From: Fluctibacter corallii
GTDB lineage: Bacteria; Pseudomonadota; Gammaproteobacteria; Enterobacterales; Alteromonadaceae
Length of the DNA: 64,000 nucleotides
Reading direction: 5' to 3'
NCBI RefSeq assembly: GCF_025751585.1
Contig: NZ_JAOWKX010000009.1
Span: forward strand, 101,661-165,660
Position numbers and translations under genes: made by a program. This document shows, one piece after another, positions 48,911-61,300 of this stretch. Position 1 is the first letter of the stretch. Every line of letters begins with the position of its first letter. The notes below the pieces were generated by a model that was given only the letters and a program-made list of their open reading frames with translations, was not told where the DNA came from and did not search any database.

Positions 48911-50521
48911 TTAGTGTCTGAAATGACGCATTCCGGTGAACACCATAGCAATGCCATGTTCATTCGCCGCTGCAATCACTTCCTCGTCACGCATTGAACC
49001 GCCGGGTTGGATTACCGCAGTAATGCCTGCTTCTGCGGCCGCATCTATGCCGTCTCGGAAAGGAAAGAATGCATCAGAGGCCATGACCGAACCTTTTACT
49101 TCGAGGTTTTCATCCGATGCTTTAATCCCCGCAATTTTTGCAGAATACACGCGGCTCATTTGCCCTGCGCCAACGCCAATGGTCATGCTGTCTTTTGCGT
49201 AAACGATAGCGTTAGATTTGACGTACTTTGCAACTTTCCAGGTAAATAAGAGATCGTTGAGTTCTTTCTCAGTGGGTTGGCGTTCAGATACCACTTCTAG
49301 ATCTTCTAGCTCCACCATGCCAAAATCGCGTTCTTGAACAAGCAAACCGCCGTTTACTCGTTTAAAGTCAAAGCCATCGGTGAGTTGCCCTTGCCAATCT
49401 CCACACGCTAATAAACGCACATTCTTTTTCTCTGCAACTACGGCTGCGGCATCATTTGACACCGTCGGAGCAATAATGACTTCTACAAATTGACGATCGA
49501 TAATTTCTTTCGCGGTCACCGCATCCAGCTCTCGGTTGAATGCAATGATGCCGCCAAATGCAGACGTAGGGTCGGTTTTAAACGCGCGGTCGTAAGCGTC
49601 AAGAATGTTGCTACCTAAGGCGACACCACAGGGGTTCGCGTGCTTTACGATAACACAAGCAGGCTCTGCAAACTCTTTTACACATTCAAGTGCCGCGTCG
49701 GTATCTGCGATATTATTGAAAGACAGTGCCTTACCTTGAAGCTGCTTGGCTGTCGACACTGATGCTTCCTGAATGTCATTCTCTACATAAAAGGCTGCAT
49801 TCTGGTGGCTGTTTTCGCCGTAGCGTAAATCTTGTTTTTTGGTGAATTGCGCATTAAATGTGCGAGGAAATTCACTGTGGTGATGATCGCAATCTTCTTC
49901 ACTGTCGTGACCACAATTGTGCTCGTCTAATCGCGCCCCAAAATAATTGGCAATCATGCCGTCATACTCAGCGGTGTGCTCGAATGCCGCTACGGCAAGA
50001 TCGAAACGTGTCGCATGGGTGAGAGAACCTTGGTTAGCGTCCATTTCGTTAATAACGCGTGTATAGTTTGCTGCATTTACTATGATCGTCACATCTTTGT
50101 GATTTTTGGCTGCTGCGCGAACCATTGTCGGGCCACCAATATCAATATTTTCGATGGCATCGTCTAAAGAGCAATCTTCTTTTGCTACCGTTGCAGCAAA
50201 GGGGTAAAGATTGACAACCACCATGTCTATGGCAGCAATATCATGTTCGCTCATGACTGCTTCATCTATGCCACGGCGGCCTAAAATTCCGCCATGCACT
50301 TTTGGGTGAAGGGTTTTAACGCGTCCCGCCATGATTTCTGGGTGGCCGGTGTAGTCAGATACTTCAGTGACATCAATACCATTTTCAGCCAACAGTTTTG
50401 CTGTACCACCGGTAGATAAAATATGAACATCACGATTGACCAGATTTTTCGCGAATTCAACAATACCGGTTTTATCAGACACACTGAGTAAGGCTCGGCG
50501 GATAGGTTTTGCAGTTTCCAT
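48911..50521 (-). CDS. purH: Bifunctional AICAR transformylase/IMP cyclohydrolase
   Basis: 536 aa, PurH N-terminus ([16 protein letters not shown]). Confidence 0.95.
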   Translation of the reverse strand: METAKPIRRALLSVSDKTGIVEFAKNLVNRDVHILSTGGTAKLLAENGIDVTEVSDYTGHPEIMAGRVKTLHPKVHGGILGRRGIDEAVMSEHDIAAIDMVVVNLYPFAATVAKEDCSLDDAIENIDIGGPTMVRAAAKNHKDVTIIVNAANYTRVINEMDANQGSLTHATRFDLAVAAFEHTAEYDGMIANYFGARLDEHNCGHDSEEDCDHHHSEFPRTFNAQFTKKQDLRYGENSHQNAAFYVENDIQEASVSTAKQLQGKALSFNNIADTDAALECVKEFAEPACVIVKHANPCGVALGSNILDAYDRAFKTDPTSAFGGIIAFNRELDAVTAKEIIDRQFVEVIIAPTVSNDAAAVVAEKKNVRLLACGDWQGQLTDGFDFKRVNGGLLVQERDFGMVELEDLEVVSERQPTEKELNDLLFTWKVAKYVKSNAIVYAKDSMTIGVGAGQMSRVYSAKIAGIKASDENLEVKGSVMASDAFFPFRDGIDAAAEAGITAVIQPGGSMRDEEVIAAANEHGIAMVFTGMRHFRH

Positions 50522-50584
50522 TAGCTCTCTCTTTACTGGGGTTAACTGGCGGTGTTATTTGACTAAGTAGTCAGGTTCAGCTCA

Positions 50585-50611
50585 AACAAAAAGAGCACCG
50601 TGTGGTGCTCT
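50585..50611 (-). terminator. Rho-independent terminator of fis
   Basis: AGAGCACC-GTGT-GGTGCTCT hairpin followed on the minus strand by TTTTTG. Confidence 0.55.
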
Positions 50612-50629
50612 TCTTAATATTAGGCTGTA

Positions 50630-50929
50630 TTAGTTCATGCCGTACTGTTTTAGCTTCTTGCGTAGTGTACCGCGGTTGATACCTAGCATGATTGAAGCAC
50701 GCGTTTGGTTACCGCGAGTGAAAGTCATGATTTCTTCAAGAAGTGGTGCTTCAACTTCTGCTAACACCAACTCATACAAGTTATCGATGTCAGCGTTATC
50801 TAGTTGCTTAAGATACTTGTTAACTGCTTGCTTTACAGAATCACGTAAAGGCTTCTGAGCCTGAGTTTGAGAAGGTGTAGTCACTGTTGTAGTGAAAGGA
50901 GAAGTCACATTTTGATCGAACATAAACAT
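50630..50929 (-). CDS. fis: DNA-binding protein Fis
   Basis: 99 aa with a C-terminal HTH ([27 protein letters not shown]). Confidence 0.9.
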   Translation of the reverse strand: MFMFDQNVTSPFTTTVTTPSQTQAQKPLRDSVKQAVNKYLKQLDNADIDNLYELVLAEVEAPLLEEIMTFTRGNQTRASIMLGINRGTLRKKLKQYGMN

Positions 50930-50970
50930 CTTGCTCTTTGGTTATTAATCACTAATCAGCAAAGGGCGGG

Positions 50971-51945
50971 TTACGCACACTTTGCCATCTGGTCAAAATA
51001 GTCGTTAAGTGCTTCAAGCTGCGCTTGAGCATCATCGATAGCGTTAAACTCAGCGCGAAAGCGCTTTTCCTTGTCATGCTCGGATAAATACCACCCTACG
51101 TGTTTACGAGCGATTTTCGCACCCATAAACGCACCATAAAACGCGTGTACGTTTTCAACATGTTCTAATAGCACATGTCGTACTTCGTCCAACGTTGGTG
51201 GAGGAAGAATTTCACCAGTTTGCAGATAATGTAAGATTTCACGGAAAATCCAAGGGTTACCTTGTGCTCCCCGTCCTACCATTAATGCATCTGCGCCAGT
51301 GTAATCGAGCACTTGTTTGGCTTTTACTGCTGAGGTGATATCCCCATTTGCCACAACCGGAATAGACACATTCTGCTTGATTGCCCGAATCGTGTTGTAT
51401 TCCGCTTCGCCTTTATACATACAAGCACGTGTACGACCGTGAACCGCCAGCGATTGAATTCCATTTGCCTCAGCGATTTTTGCGATCTCGACACCATTAC
51501 GATTGTCGGGATCCCAACCTGTACGTATTTTTAAACTTACGGGTACATCTACAGCATTAACAACAGCCTGAACGATAGACTCTACCAATTCGGGATATTG
51601 CAACAGCGCTGAACCAGCGAGTTTCTTATTCACCTTTTTGGCTGGGCACCCCATATTGATATCAATAATCTGTGCACCATTGGCAACATTAAATTGTGCT
51701 GCCTCTGCCATGAGTTGTGGTTCCGCACCCGCAATTTGAACAGAACGTATGCCAGTTTCACCCGCATGGTTCATTCTTTGTCGCGATTTGTCGGTGTTCC
51801 ACACCTTTGGATTACTCGACAACATTTCAGAAACAACTAACCCTGCACCAAGACGTTTGCACATCTGGCGAAATGGTCTGTCAGTTACCCCAGCCATTGG
51901 GGCAAGCATTAAATTGTTGTCAAGCTTGTAGGGACCTATCTGCAT
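50971..51945 (-). CDS. dusB: tRNA-dihydrouridine synthase B
   Basis: 324 aa, LAPMAGVTDRPFR motif. Sits upstream of fis as in the conserved dusB-fis operon. Confidence 0.9.
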   Translation of the reverse strand: MQIGPYKLDNNLMLAPMAGVTDRPFRQMCKRLGAGLVVSEMLSSNPKVWNTDKSRQRMNHAGETGIRSVQIAGAEPQLMAEAAQFNVANGAQIIDINMGCPAKKVNKKLAGSALLQYPELVESIVQAVVNAVDVPVSLKIRTGWDPDNRNGVEIAKIAEANGIQSLAVHGRTRACMYKGEAEYNTIRAIKQNVSIPVVANGDITSAVKAKQVLDYTGADALMVGRGAQGNPWIFREILHYLQTGEILPPPTLDEVRHVLLEHVENVHAFYGAFMGAKIARKHVGWYLSEHDKEKRFRAEFNAIDDAQAQLEALNDYFDQMAKCA

Positions 51946-52256
51946 ATTGTTTCAGTACCGCTCAATCGTGCAAAAAACGTCCAATTAGCCAAAAAGGGCG
52001 CACATATTACGGTTTTTTTACGCGCTTGAAAAGTACATAATTTAAACAAAAATTGACTTTATTTTTCAGTTTGCTCTTGACATTAAATAAGGTAAATAAA
52101 CGATGCTCATTAAGTCATTGTTAAATATGAAAAAAATAAAAAATGACCAATCTTTGTACTAACTAAAATGTAAGAAAAAAACTTTTAAAAATATCGCTTC
52201 AATAACAGGAATTACCTGCTTAGAGGTAACATTAGTTACCTCTGTCGGTAGCGGGG

Positions 52257-53135
52257 TTACTTCTTGGTTCCCGACAACCGCGCCCATTCACCTTCAACCG
52301 CCGCTGAGTCCATCTCGAAATCAACTTGGTAAAGCGCTGAAATTTCGTTTGCTTGTGACTCCAAAATACCAGACAACGCCAACTTGGCACGATCGCCACA
52401 GTACTCAGTGATGACACTTCTTAGCTCTCGCAATGGCCCTGCAAGTATGTTCGCCAGCACAACATCTGCTTTTAATTCTGGTTGGTTTTGAGGCAAATAT
52501 ACCTCTAGCTGATCGGCAACGCCGTTACGTTGTGCGTTATCTTTGCTTGCTATGAGTGCTTGTGGGTCGATATCAATCCCTACTACGCGCTTTGCACCCA
52601 GTTTAAGCGCCGCGATGCCTAAAATGCCGGAACCACAACCAAAATCAACAACCGTTTTGCCAGTTAGATCAAGGCCGTCTAGCCACTTAAGGCATAAGTA
52701 TGTAGTAGGGTGAGTGCCTGTGCCAAAGGCAAGGCCTGGGTCAAGCATCACGTTAACGGCATTAGGGTCAGGCACGTCTCGCCAGCTCGGACAAATCCAC
52801 AAACGGTCACCGCACTGAATTGGGTGGAAGTTTTCCATCCATTCACGCTCCCAATCTTTGTCTTCAAGCTGATCGAGTTTGTGTGGAAAGTTCTTGCCGA
52901 GCAGCCTAGCATGTTCTAATCGTTTAATAACCGCTGACATGTCATGTTCAGCATCAAACAGACCAACAACTTGTGTATCTGGCCAGAGCATGACCTCACC
53001 GGGTTTGGGCTCATACATAGGGGTATCTTTGGCGTCTACGAAGGTGACAGCTTGTGCGCCATTGGCTGAGAGCATGTCGCCGATTTGTTCGGCATGTTCC
53101 GCCTGCGTGTTTATTTTAAGTTGTATCCAAGGCAT
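52257..53135 (-). CDS. prmA: Ribosomal protein L11 methyltransferase
   Basis: 292 aa, the [16 protein letters not shown] motif and PrmA N-terminus. Confidence 0.9.
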   Translation of the reverse strand: MPWIQLKINTQAEHAEQIGDMLSANGAQAVTFVDAKDTPMYEPKPGEVMLWPDTQVVGLFDAEHDMSAVIKRLEHARLLGKNFPHKLDQLEDKDWEREWMENFHPIQCGDRLWICPSWRDVPDPNAVNVMLDPGLAFGTGTHPTTYLCLKWLDGLDLTGKTVVDFGCGSGILGIAALKLGAKRVVGIDIDPQALIASKDNAQRNGVADQLEVYLPQNQPELKADVVLANILAGPLRELRSVITEYCGDRAKLALSGILESQANEISALYQVDFEMDSAAVEGEWARLSGTKK

Positions 53136-53232
53136 GATGAGAATTAAACGGGTAAAAAATCGATTATATCAAGCTTAGTTCGTATCAGCATTAAACAAGC
53201 GGATTTAATTCCCAGCAGAGTAGGGGGGTTTA

Positions 53233-54024
53233 GTGAAGTATTTGAGTGTATTGATAAATGTAGTCTTGTTGGTGGTCGCGGTTGCTGCAAATAGTCGCGT
53301 TTATGCTAGTTTTTCAGTGTCGCCTAATCTCGATAAAAATGTTGATATTGCAGTAGGGTGGACAAAGCCTCCGTACGTGATTGCTGACGGCAATACTGGG
53401 TATGAACTTGATTTGATCCGTACTGTATTTGCCTCAATTGGCTACGACATTACGCCAATATATGTGCCGTATGGTCGTTCACACAGCATGTTACGTAAAG
53501 GCCTGGTAGACGTAACCCTTACACTCAACGAGAGGCTGGGCATTGAGCCAGAAAAGCTCAGTGATGTTTATGTGGTGTATCAAAATGTCGCCATTAGTTT
53601 AAAAAAGCGCAATTTACACATTACCAGACTGGAAGACTTGTCTAATCGTTCGGTTGTTGGCTTTCAAGATGCAAACCGCGTGTTGGGAGAAGAATACCGA
53701 AAAGCGGTAGAAAAAGCCTATCGCTATGTGGAGCTTCCAGAGCAACGCAGGCAGGTTGAAATGCTACTGCTGGGAAATGCTGACGTGGTGGTGATGGACT
53801 TGAACATCTTTTTGCATGTGAGTGCCGATGTTGCTGGCACACCCATGGGTGACAATATCAATATTCACCGACTCTTTCCTCCAAATCCTTACCGAGCGGG
53901 CTTTCGAAGTACTGAGTTAAAAATTGCTTTTGATGTTGCCTTGCGCCAATTTATGAGCTCAGAAAAATATGAGTGGCTGAAGAATAAATACGTGTTAGTT
54001 CAGCCCGCTAATTTGAATCAATAG
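53233..54024 (+). CDS. Periplasmic substrate-binding-domain protein (SBP_bac_3-like)
   Basis: Signal peptide and a type-3 solute-binding-protein fold. No adjacent ABC permease. Confidence 0.5.
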   Translation: MKYLSVLINVVLLVVAVAANSRVYASFSVSPNLDKNVDIAVGWTKPPYVIADGNTGYELDLIRTVFASIGYDITPIYVPYGRSHSMLRKGLVDVTLTLNERLGIEPEKLSDVYVVYQNVAISLKKRNLHITRLEDLSNRSVVGFQDANRVLGEEYRKAVEKAYRYVELPEQRRQVEMLLLGNADVVVMDLNIFLHVSADVAGTPMGDNINIHRLFPPNPYRAGFRSTELKIAFDVALRQFMSSEKYEWLKNKYVLVQPANLNQ

Positions 54025-54044
54025 ACAAGCGGCAGATGCAAAGC

Positions 54045-54070
54045 ACAAAAAAAGCGGCCGAAGCCGCTTT
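54045..54070. terminator. Bidirectional rho-independent terminator
   Basis: AAAAAAAGCGGC-CGAA-GCCGCTTT between convergent genes. Confidence 0.6.
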
Positions 54071-54089
54071 AGTTACACGATAAGAATAC

Positions 54090-55436
54090 TTATTTTGCAA
54101 TACCTAGCTTCTTCTCTAAGTAATGGATATTCGTGCCACCGTTAAAGAAGTTTTCGTCTGCCATAATGCGTTGCTGTAAAGGAATGTTTGTTTTAATTCC
54201 TTCAACTACCAGCTCATCAAGTGCATGGCGCATACGTGCAATCGCAACGTCGCGGTTCTCACCATAAGTAATTAACTTACCTATCATTGAATCGTAATGA
54301 GGCGGCACAGAATAGCCCGCATAAATGTGAGACTCCCAACGCACACCAAATCCACCCGGAGGATGAAACATGTTAATTTTGCCTGGGCTAGGAATAAAGG
54401 TATTAGGATCTTCCGCATTGATTCGACATTCAATGGCATGGCCACGAATTTGTATGTCTTTTTGCTCAATGGCAAGAGGCTGACCTGCGGCAATACGTAA
54501 TTGCTCTTTAATCAAATCTACGCCCGTGATCATTTCAGATACAGGATGTTCGACTTGAATACGCGTGTTCATCTCAATGAAATAAAACTCGCCATTCTCG
54601 TACAAAAATTCGAACGTACCTGCGCCACGGTAGCCAATTTCGATACAAGCTTTACGACAGCGGTCGCCAATTCGTTCGCGGGTTTCGGCATTAATACCTG
54701 GTGCTGGCGCTTCTTCCACAACCTTTTGGTGACGGCGCTGCATTGAGCAGTCACGCTCACCCAAGTGAATCGCGTTGCCTTGACCATCAGACAATACCTG
54801 AATTTCAACGTGACGCGGGTTCTCTAGGAATTTTTCCATGTATACCATGTCATTGCCGAATGCAGCACCGGCTTCGGCTTTTGTTGTGGCGATAGCATTG
54901 ATGAGTTCATCCTCGCTTCTTACCACACGCATTCCGCGACCACCACCGCCGCCGGCGGCTTTAACAATGATAGGGTAGCCAATGCGCTTAGCAATGGTTT
55001 TATTGCGCTCTTCGTCTTCTGTTAATGGTCCATCAGAGCCCGGTACGCAAGGAACGCCTGCTTTACGCATTGCATTAATCGCTGATACTTTGTCACCCAT
55101 TAGGGTAATGGTATCTGCTTTGGGGCCAATAAATACGAAACCACTTTTTTCTACCGCTTCCGCAAATTCAGCATTTTCCGCTAGAAAGCCGTAACCAGGA
55201 TGAATGGCTACTGAGTTTGTCACCTCAGCGGCTGCGATGATCCGTGGAATATTCAGGTAACTCTCGTTTGCTGGCGCTTTTCCTATGCAGATGGTCTCAT
55301 CTGCAAGCAACACGTGCTTGAGATTGCGATCTGCCGTTGAATGAACCGCTACGGTTTTAATGCCTAATTCTTTACATGCACGCAGAATACGTAAGGCAAT
55401 TTCACCGCGGTTGGCAATTAACACTTTATCTAGCAT
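54090..55436 (-). CDS. accC: Biotin carboxylase
   Basis: 448 aa, ATP-grasp, near-collinear with AccC. Confidence 0.95.
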   Translation of the reverse strand: MLDKVLIANRGEIALRILRACKELGIKTVAVHSTADRNLKHVLLADETICIGKAPANESYLNIPRIIAAAEVTNSVAIHPGYGFLAENAEFAEAVEKSGFVFIGPKADTITLMGDKVSAINAMRKAGVPCVPGSDGPLTEDEERNKTIAKRIGYPIIVKAAGGGGGRGMRVVRSEDELINAIATTKAEAGAAFGNDMVYMEKFLENPRHVEIQVLSDGQGNAIHLGERDCSMQRRHQKVVEEAPAPGINAETRERIGDRCRKACIEIGYRGAGTFEFLYENGEFYFIEMNTRIQVEHPVSEMITGVDLIKEQLRIAAGQPLAIEQKDIQIRGHAIECRINAEDPNTFIPSPGKINMFHPPGGFGVRWESHIYAGYSVPPHYDSMIGKLITYGENRDVAIARMRHALDELVVEGIKTNIPLQQRIMADENFFNGGTNIHYLEKKLGIAK

Positions 55437-55450
55437 AACGTTAAGCCTGC

Positions 55451-55909
55451 TTATTCAATAACAAAAAGAGGTTGGTCGAACTCGACAGGCTCTGCATTAT
55501 CTACCAATACTTTCTTTACCACGCCCGCTTTGTCTGCTTCGATTTGGTTCATCATTTTCATCGCTTCTACGATGCATAGCGTTTGACCTACCGTTACCGT
55601 GTCACCTTCTTCAACATAAGATTTCGCGGTAGGAGAAGAAGCGCGGTAGAACGTGCCTACCATCGGCGAGCGTACTAAGTGTCCACTGATTTCTGTTGCT
55701 TCTTCGCTCGCTGCTGGTGCCGCTGGCGCGACAGGTGCAGCCGTGGCAACGGGCGCTTGTGGTGCAACAGCGTATTGCATTGGCATCGGTGCAGCTTGAG
55801 CGCCACCTCGATGAATACGCACTGACTCCTCACCTTCGGTGATTTCCAGCTCAGCAATGCCAGATTCTTCTACTAACTCGATTAATTTCTTTATCTTGCG
55901 AATATCCAT
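55451..55909 (-). CDS. accB: Biotin carboxyl carrier protein
   Basis: Ala/Pro-rich linker and the biotinylation motif EAMKMMN. Confidence 0.9.
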   Translation of the reverse strand: MDIRKIKKLIELVEESGIAELEITEGEESVRIHRGGAQAAPMPMQYAVAPQAPVATAAPVAPAAPAASEEATEISGHLVRSPMVGTFYRASSPTAKSYVEEGDTVTVGQTLCIVEAMKMMNQIEADKAGVVKKVLVDNAEPVEFDQPLFVIE

Positions 55910-55921
55910 GTTTATGTCTCT

Positions 55922-56374
55922 TTATTCGTTGGTGTCTTTTTGTTGCTGTAGATGCTTTTTCGCTGCATACAAAGCAAATTCGTAGCCTTGTTCCCCTAAC
56001 CCACATATCACGCCAACCGCTTTGTCGGCCAAGTAAGAGTGATGCCTAAACGGCTCTCTGGCATGTACGTTAGACAGGTGAACTTCAATATAAGGGATGG
56101 CAACGCTTAGCAATGCGTCACGGATAGCGACACTGGTGTGTGTGTAGGCAGCGGGATTAATAATAATAAAATCAATATTTTCGTGAGCCTGATGAATGGC
56201 GTCAATGAGTTCATGCTCTGCATTCGACTGAACATCACTTAATGTAATGCCGTTTTGAGAGGCAATTTGACGAAGATCTGTCACGATATCTGCCAAAGTA
56301 CGAGAACCATACACTTCAGGTTCGCGTTTACCTAGCATATTGAGATTTGGGCCATTAAGTAATAAAACTTTCAC
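55922..56374 (-). CDS. aroQ: Type II 3-dehydroquinate dehydratase
   Basis: 150 aa, [23 protein letters not shown]. Confidence 0.9.
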   Translation of the reverse strand: MKVLLLNGPNLNMLGKREPEVYGSRTLADIVTDLRQIASQNGITLSDVQSNAEHELIDAIHQAHENIDFIIINPAAYTHTSVAIRDALLSVAIPYIEVHLSNVHAREPFRHHSYLADKAVGVICGLGEQGYEFALYAAKKHLQQQKDTNE

Positions 56375-56574
56375 GATATTGTCGCTATTTTCCGTAAAAA
56401 ATCCATGATTAGGTATTTCAAAGTAAAATACTAGCCTATCTTTTTAAAAAAGTATGAAAAATCATCACTAACAGGATAAGCTGAGCCCATTATATGAGTT
56501 ATCTGAAAAATCTCAGCAAAATACTGGTCTAATCACCGACGTTTGCAGCAAGTTTTTACGGAGAGAAGCATTAA

Positions 56575-57036
56575 ATGAATATGGTTAACTTAGTCATTAA
56601 CTTTCATCAACCTGCTGATTGGCTGTTTGCACAGTTAGCCGATCACCAACGATTTGGCGAAATCATCGGTGCGAATATAAAGCGAGTAAAGGATGCCCCT
56701 CAGACAGACTCGACTAAAACTGATGGACTTTATAATATTAACGGATCCGGATCAGTACGTAGAATCTATAATGTAACGGGTAATTTCGAGGAAGTGATTA
56801 CCCAATTTGAACCCTGTTGTTTTATTCAATACCGTGTAAGTAAAGGCAGCCCCATTAAGAATCATCTTGGAGAAATGCGTATTACAGCTACACAAAGTGG
56901 GTGTACGCTTGATTACCAAATTCGTTTTGAGCCCAAGTTACCGGTCCCTGGGTGGGGGAAACTGTTAGAAGTGATTATTGCTGCGCCGCTGCGCCGCGGA
57001 CTGACCGACCTTGCCAAAAAGAGCCGCAGAGCATAA
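56575..57036 (+). CDS. Hypothetical protein (possibly SRPBCC-fold)
   Basis: 153-aa ORF with no strong motif. Confidence 0.35.
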   Translation: MNMVNLVINFHQPADWLFAQLADHQRFGEIIGANIKRVKDAPQTDSTKTDGLYNINGSGSVRRIYNVTGNFEEVITQFEPCCFIQYRVSKGSPIKNHLGEMRITATQSGCTLDYQIRFEPKLPVPGWGKLLEVIIAAPLRRGLTDLAKKSRRA

Positions 57037-57058
57037 CTAACATATAATAAGGTGTTAT

Positions 57059-57661
57059 TTGAATTACCTAGCCCATATTCACCTTGCAAGAGAAACACGC
57101 ACTTCTCTGCTAGGTAATTTCCTAGGAGACTTCGTTAAAGGCGATGCGTATTTGTCGCTACCTGCTGAATTGCAACATGGCATATGGCTGCATCGCAAAA
57201 TCGACATCTTTACTGACCGACATCCTTCAATTAAAGTCTTGAACAAGGCCTATCCCACACATTTAAGGCGTATGGCTGGCGTAATTACTGATATCTACTT
57301 TGACTATTTACTTTGTCAAAACTGGGATGTTTATTGTGCCATTTCGCTGTCAGAAGTGTGTGATAGCTTTTATCAAGAACTGGAACACAGCGCGCTTTTT
57401 ATTTCACCGAGATTTCATCATATCAAAACCAGCTTATTGACAGATAAGTGGCTCGATAACTACCAATATATTCACACCTGTTTAGCTGCTTTCAAACATA
57501 TCGAAAATCGTTTAAAAAATCGGGTGATTTTTGCTGATAGCGCATACACTTACATTAACCAGCATCATGAATTTTTTTATCAAACTTTTGTAGAATTTTA
57601 TCCACAATTGATAGAGTATTCACATACTATTTCTACGATACACAATGAGGTTCGCACATAA
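57059..57661 (+). CDS. acpH: Acyl carrier protein phosphodiesterase
   Basis: [10 protein letters not shown].. N-terminus and overall collinearity with E. coli AcpH. Confidence 0.75.
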   Translation: MNYLAHIHLARETRTSLLGNFLGDFVKGDAYLSLPAELQHGIWLHRKIDIFTDRHPSIKVLNKAYPTHLRRMAGVITDIYFDYLLCQNWDVYCAISLSEVCDSFYQELEHSALFISPRFHHIKTSLLTDKWLDNYQYIHTCLAAFKHIENRLKNRVIFADSAYTYINQHHEFFYQTFVEFYPQLIEYSHTISTIHNEVRT

Positions 57662-58290
57662 TGGCTGTGTATGAGATTAAGCATCCATTGGTTCAACATA
57701 AACTCGGGTTAATGCGTGCTAAAGGCGTGAGCAGTAAAGACTTTAGAGAGCTAGCCAGTGAGGTTGGTAATTTACTGACTTACGAAGCAACCCGCGATTT
57801 GGAAACCGAAACAGTTAACATTACTGGCTGGACGGGCGAGCCTATGTCGGTTCAAAACATTAAAGGTAAGAAGATCACTGTGGTACCTATTTTGCGTGCG
57901 GGTCTAGGTATGCTAGATGGCGTTATGAAGCTTGTGCCTAATGCTAAAATTAGTGTGGTAGGGCTCTATCGCAATGAAGAAACGTTAGAGCCAGTGGCGT
58001 ACTTTGACAAAGTTGTAAAAGACGTTGGCAAGCGTACCGCGCTGATTGTTGACCCAATGCTGGCCACAGGCGGCACGCTTATTGCGACCATCGATTTACT
58101 TAAGCAAAAAGGGTGTGAGCGCATCATGGGGCTGTTTTTAGTTGCGGCACCTGAGGGGATTGAAGCCGTGCTTGAAAAACATCCTGATGTTGATATTTAT
58201 ACAGCATCTATCGATGAAAAATTGAATGAAAAAGGATACATATTGCCAGGGTTGGGTGATGCTGGAGACAAAATTTTCGGCACACGATAA
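57661..58290 (+). CDS. upp: Uracil phosphoribosyltransferase
   Basis: [17 protein letters not shown] and the PRPP-binding motif. Confidence 0.9.
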   Translation: MAVYEIKHPLVQHKLGLMRAKGVSSKDFRELASEVGNLLTYEATRDLETETVNITGWTGEPMSVQNIKGKKITVVPILRAGLGMLDGVMKLVPNAKISVVGLYRNEETLEPVAYFDKVVKDVGKRTALIVDPMLATGGTLIATIDLLKQKGCERIMGLFLVAAPEGIEAVLEKHPDVDIYTASIDEKLNEKGYILPGLGDAGDKIFGTR

Positions 58291-58379
58291 GGAAAAACTT
58301 AGGCCGACAAGGATGCCATGCCTCGATTATTTTGAGCCTGCCATAGCGCAGGCTTATAACACCTAAAAGAGGAAACAGT

Positions 58380-61300
58380 TTGGCGATACCTGCATTGATT
58401 AATAGAAAAATAAGAAATATCAAGCACGTCGACGTTATTCGCTATGTCGTTGTTATTGTATTGTTTTGCATGTCTTGGCTGACATATGCAACCCCGCTAC
58501 TAAATGAACCTAAATTTTCCGTCCTCTCAACTGCTTCAGGGCTAACGCAAGACAGCGTGACCAGCTTATTAGTTGACCAACGAGGTTACTTGTGGGTGGC
58601 GACTCACGGTGGTCTCAATCGTTTCGATGGCTATCAAGTTAAACCGGTTTTGGGCTCCGATCAAGTCTTCAAAGACATTACCATCGACAACGTATTTATG
58701 TCGAAAAGCGGTTCTATTTTTGTCAGCTCCAGTGTCGCAGGCATTCATGTACTAAATCCAAATACACTTGAATCGACAAGATTGGGTGATTGGAAATTAT
58801 TGAGCCAACCTGATTTTTACGACTATGCCAGTGATTTTTTTGCTCCTCAAAACAGTGATCGGCTTCTCATTGCTTTAAACGAGCGAGTGATTGAGCGCAG
58901 AGGAAATAAAAACCGTGTTATCTACTCATTAGATGATACCGATGTATTTCGAGGACAAGCCATTCGAAAAATTTGGGCGAACGACAATATCTTGTTGTTG
59001 GCTACCACGTCGGGATTATTTGGCGTTAACCTCAAAAATGGTGAGTCTAAGCGTATACATCACACGCGTCCTGTGACAGAAAACAGCAATAATCAGAATG
59101 TTAAATTGCTGCGTGTCGACGACGGAAAGACATTGTGGATTGGCTCGGTTGAAGGTCTTTATAAGAGTAACCTTAGAGGGGTTGAGAATTATATTCTTGG
59201 TAAAACCGATACTGTCAATGTTGAGCGCGTTATCGAAACACTGAATATTTGGAAGATGCTGCCTGTTGATAAGCAATTCTACTACGTGGCAACAGACGAC
59301 GGGCTCTATAAGCTAGCACCGCAAACCGGGAAATTAATCCATCTTTTTCGTTTAACCGATTCGCGAGAATACATTTCTGATAACAATATCGTGGATATGT
59401 TGTTAGATAAGCGCGGTAACTTGTGGCTGGCTACCCGATATGATGGGGCGATTTATTGGGTGAGTCGTTCCACCCACTTTTCTAACCTGACGACTAATCA
59501 GAATTTAGCCTCTGTGTCAGAGAATAAGGGGCAACTTAGTAGTGGTGTGGTGCAGTCGTTATATCAGTCAGATAAAGATACCTTGTGGGTGGGCACGCGA
59601 AATGGATTGAATCGCGTTGATGTAGATACGCAAAAGGCAGCGCAGTTTCTCGTCAATCAAGACAAGAAAGCATTGGAATCAAACTCTACTGTGTACCAAG
59701 TATTGCCTGCAACGGCGAACCACCTTTGGCTAGTAACACTCAATAAACTCTTGCTATTTGATGCAAACACCGGTGCAGTAGTGCCGCCTATGTTTGCTAA
59801 CAAAAAAGCAGAAGAGTTACTCAGTAACAATGTATGGTATGCCTACAAAGGTCATAATGATTTACTGTGGGTGGTAACAGATTTTGGCGTTGTCACCTAT
59901 TCTCCAGAGACGGGAGAGATTCACTTTGTTGATGGTATTAACGAACAACTGCCCGTCTTAGACATTTATAAAATATTTGATGATATTGATAAGCCTGATA
60001 GTTTTCTCATTGCCGCAGAGCGCGCCTTGTACCGCTATCATATTAACGACAATACTCTGACGAAGGTTCATTCGCTAACCAGCGACATGCTGGTGAAAGA
60101 CTTAGCGCCTGATTCTGTGGTGATGTGTGACAAAGGCTTGTTGTGGATAGCTTATCCTGGGCATGGCCTCGTTGCCATTGACCCATCAACGGGAGAGGAG
60201 AAAGTTACTCTCAATAGGAATAACGTGTTACCCACTAGCGTGGTGTACGGGTTAACCAAAGATCGGCAGGGCAATATATGGATGAGTTCACATCAGGGGA
60301 TCTTAAAGCTCTATCCTCAAAATAAACACGTTCAGCAATTTACTGTGCTTGATGGCATTGTTACGAATGAGTTTAACCAAGGCGCGAACCTCAAACTTTT
60401 AGATGGGCGCATTGTGTATGGGTCACAAAAAGGGTTAACACTATTCAATCCCAGCCAATTTCAAAAATCTAACCAAACTGCTTATCACACGTGGATCACG
60501 GAAATTTCGATAGCGGGACAACCATTGGAAGTATCTGAACATGATGATGGCACTAAGTATATTGAGTTAGAGCACGATCAGGTAGGGCTTGAAATTCGTT
60601 ATTCCACGTTAAATTATGACAGTATTCAAAACACGCGTTATGAATATCAATTGGAAGGCGAAGAACGGGTGCTTTATCCCGCTACAAAAGAGCCCAAAGT
60701 GACTTTTCCAACCTTAAAACCTGGCGACTATGTATTTGCGGTGACAGCTATTGATCCTATCACTGGCAAGCGAAGCCTTCCTGCAACCCTCTCAATACAG
60801 GTGTTCCATCCGCCTTGGGCGTCACCTGTGGCGTACAGCTTTTATGTGCTGCTCTCTCTTATCCTGCTCATATCGTGGTGGAGTCGACGTCACATTCAGG
60901 AGCGCCAAATTCGAGACTCTCATAATGAGGCACTGAAAAGTCGTAACCGATTAACCATGGCGTTAACGGCCAGTAACAGTAACATTTGGGAGTGGGATGC
61001 GCGTAAGAGACTGTATTATGCGCCTCGTATGTCTGATGAACTGGGCTACGGAGACTTAGGAAACGACATCTCATTTGATAAACACGTGTCACTCATTCAT
61101 GCCTCTGATAGAGAGCTATATCTTCAACGTTGGCACTATTTTATCGACAATCAGGCGATGGGGTTTGATGTTACTTACCGATTGAAAAGCCAAAACGGCG
61201 AGTGGCAATGGTATCGCGACGTAGGAAGCGTGGTAAGTGATAGCCATGATCCTGACCATATTGTGGTATCAGGCACTTATACCAACGTAACTGAAAGCAT

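Noticed and set aside
52232-52417. 61-aa ORF at the 3' end of prmA
   Set aside because: It overlaps the prmA C-terminus in another frame. Spurious.
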